Assembly: GCF_964194025.1 (NCBI RefSeq)
Contig: NC_134470.1
Span: 71,362,001-71,426,000 of the forward strand
Direction of reading: 5' to 3'
Source: Convolutriloba macropyga
Taxonomy: Eukaryota
DNA: 64,000 nt
Positions within the stretch are counted from its first letter, which is position 1. Each line of letters starts with the position of its first letter. The notes under the pieces were generated by a model. It made no database searches, was not told the DNA's origin, and worked only from the letters and a program-made list of their open reading frames with translations. This document shows, in pieces, positions 61,670 through 64,000 of the stretch. The translations under genes and the position numbers were made by a program.

Positions 61670-64000
61670 TATGCGATTTTTTGTTTGCCAGTTTTTTCGT
61701 CTGGCGCTTTTGACTTTTCGTCCTCAAAAAGGGGATACACTGGTAGCGCCCAGCGGGCATTAAGTGCTCTTAGAGCCTTTCAGCTCTATTTCAGCTAAAA
61801 TATTTTGGAGACTTATACTTATGGTGTGAAGGGCGGTTCTTAGAGGTTGAGACAGCCCCCCCCCCCGTGGCTAGCTACTGACGAAGCCAACCGTTTGCTG
61901 GTCGTTTGAGAGCAATTCGCCCGACGTTAGTCGGTTATGTTTTGAATAAGTCACTGTAGTGCTTGGAAAATTAGGAAGAAGAAACCGTGATTAGTATGGC
62001 GTTTTTTATATTAAGGGTTCAGTTAAATACACGCGTAAATTGCAGTACAATAGCTTGCGGTCCTCTGAGGTAGTTGCCAAAGTAATTCATTCGAATATAA
62101 AATGTTTCCGAATAGAATGTAATTGACCCATCCGGTTTTGGCGACATAGATGCAAAGCAGGGCGAATCAGTACCTGATCATTCTGACGGTAGATTACATT
62201 ATATCAATAGAGCTAGCTACCTTTAATATTTCAAGTTTGTTTTCTCAATATGCAATAGTGTGCTATGCACAGCAATATGTGGATGAGTGTTCGTTTTTTT
62301 GAAAATAATTGTCCGGAGTGCTTTGGTTTATTCTGTTTTAGGTTTTTCCGTCTTTCGACAATTTTTCATTAAAATATCTGAAAAACTGGTATACAACAGC
62401 AGATTTCCTGTAGGAATTTTGTGTACGTTGCTTCCGTGGACAACAATTAAACGGAGCACAATGTTCGGACCGGAGTAAAATCTGACTATGGTATTAATTT
62501 TTGTTAAGGTTGATTAAATTGATTAGCATTTTTCGCAGCTCAACACGAGGAAATAAAAAAAGCAATAAAAACATGCACTAATTTTGGAAAATGTTTGACG
62601 TGTTTGGTACAAAGTTGAATGCGTTACATTTTTTTCAAATGATCACTCCAGCCGTTGTAATTTTAGAAAGAAAGCAAATGCAAAAAAAACTTGCTGATCC
62701 AATGATGACGAACCGTGCCTGTAACTCAAGCTAAGACGTCTGGAAAATTCTCAAAATGCAGCAAAAACAACCAAAACGGTCACTAAGATCCAACTCTCCA
62801 CCTTATTAAACCTGTGATGCTATCTGTGGTTTTCGCATAAATATTACATTGTGTGCTCAAGAAATTCGAACAATAATTAATGTGCAGATATTGGAAAATG
62901 TTTCTACTTCTATGCTCTTTGACATCTTTGGGAAACAAGAAACTGAAAAGAGAGCAATGCAGCTGGGAATTTTGGCTTTCACAAAAAATTGTCAGCAAAG
63001 TGTTTAAGTTGGTTACATGACAATTTAACCAATTCCATTTTACCCAAAGTCATTTTAGCCCACCTGCCAACTTACTCAATGCTCTTTGATATTTTGGTTC
63101 AATTATCCAATGTTCGGTTGTGATAGCTTCATATCAAATCCCACGGGCCATTTAATTGTATAGTCGGCTAAATAGTCGTTCTGGTAATTTTAACAATAGG
63201 GTAAATTGAAGTTGGCATTTGGTAAAATGGCAGTTGGTGTATAATGGCATTGGAAAAAAATGGAATTGCGTAAGTTGCACCGCTTAAGTTGCTAATCGTT
63301 TGTACTGCTACTGTACACCCCATTTTGATGTTTTTGGTGACTAAGGAATATTGTATTTTTACTGCCAATTATTATGGCCAAAATGAAAAGGAACTGAAAT
63401 GCTAATTTAAAAAAGTTAATAATTTTGTCTTTTTACTTCAAAAGTTTTGTGTTTTTTGCAAAAATCATTCAGTTCATAAGAACTATTAACAGAAAGTTGC
63501 GTTTTTTACGCCAAACGGAACGATAAAAGGCAAGTTTGACAAAAAGAAATTTTAAGTGAAAACATTATGCTCATTGAGAGAACTTCATATCTGGGAAGTT
63601 AAGATGGGTAATTGTCGCTTTCAGTCACCTCGAACAACTCTTATCCATTTTAGGAAAATTTTAGGGGCTAAACTGAAAAATATCTAACAAACGCTGAGCT
63701 ATACAAACCGAAATGAATATTTTTTAAATCTTGTTTATTTACTTGAAAGAAATAGCGTCCTGAGAAAACTCGATGAGGTGACTTAGTTACCATTTGAACT
63801 TAAATGCATGTTCAAAAATTAACTCACAAAATAAGCAAAAAAACTAGAAGGTAGACAAGGAGAACAGTGCCCAAAACTAGCACCCGATGCCCGGAAAAAG
63901 TCTCATTACATTGAATTATTGCCTACTCTGCTAACAACATTGGAGTCTGATGGTCCTGACTACAAAAATTGAAAAAAAAACGTTATTCGGACGTAATATT
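61670..64000 (+). repeat. duplicate of ~43535-45868
   Basis: Collinear and highly similar from inside the family A element (61670-61943) to the end of the window. Confidence 0.95.

Overview
This is AT-rich eukaryotic DNA, probably from an invertebrate, with spliceosomal introns and a 200-N gap at 61393-61592. The recognisable genes all lie on the + strand: a low-complexity protein with C-terminal C2H2 fingers (~13.2-16.8 kb), two tandem arylamine N-acetyltransferase-like paralogs (20.7-30.6 kb), an intronless CTU2 with an upstream partial pseudocopy, and two SLC25A19-like mitochondrial carriers with a decayed last-exon copy. A full-length but inactivated Copia LTR retrotransposon (48523-54070, - strand) has a 5-bp TSD and a half-tRNAiMet primer site. 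The most striking feature is at least four families (my labels A-D) of non-autonomous Helentron/HINE-like rolling-circle elements. They have different subterminal inverted repeats but share a 3' grammar: subTIR, GC hairpin, then usually TATG-TTT. They insert into the T-run just behind one another's 5' end, forming Russian-doll nests, head-to-tail arrays and a chimera, almost all in one orientation. One subfamily carries a complete Pol III-like tRNA-Arg-derived cassette. Other oddities are a candidate CUG start codon, a GC-AG intron, paralog-specific intron positions, a Cys-His-Glu NAT triad and two in-frame TAG codons with open extensions. All calls were made by eye, and repeat boundaries are approximate.
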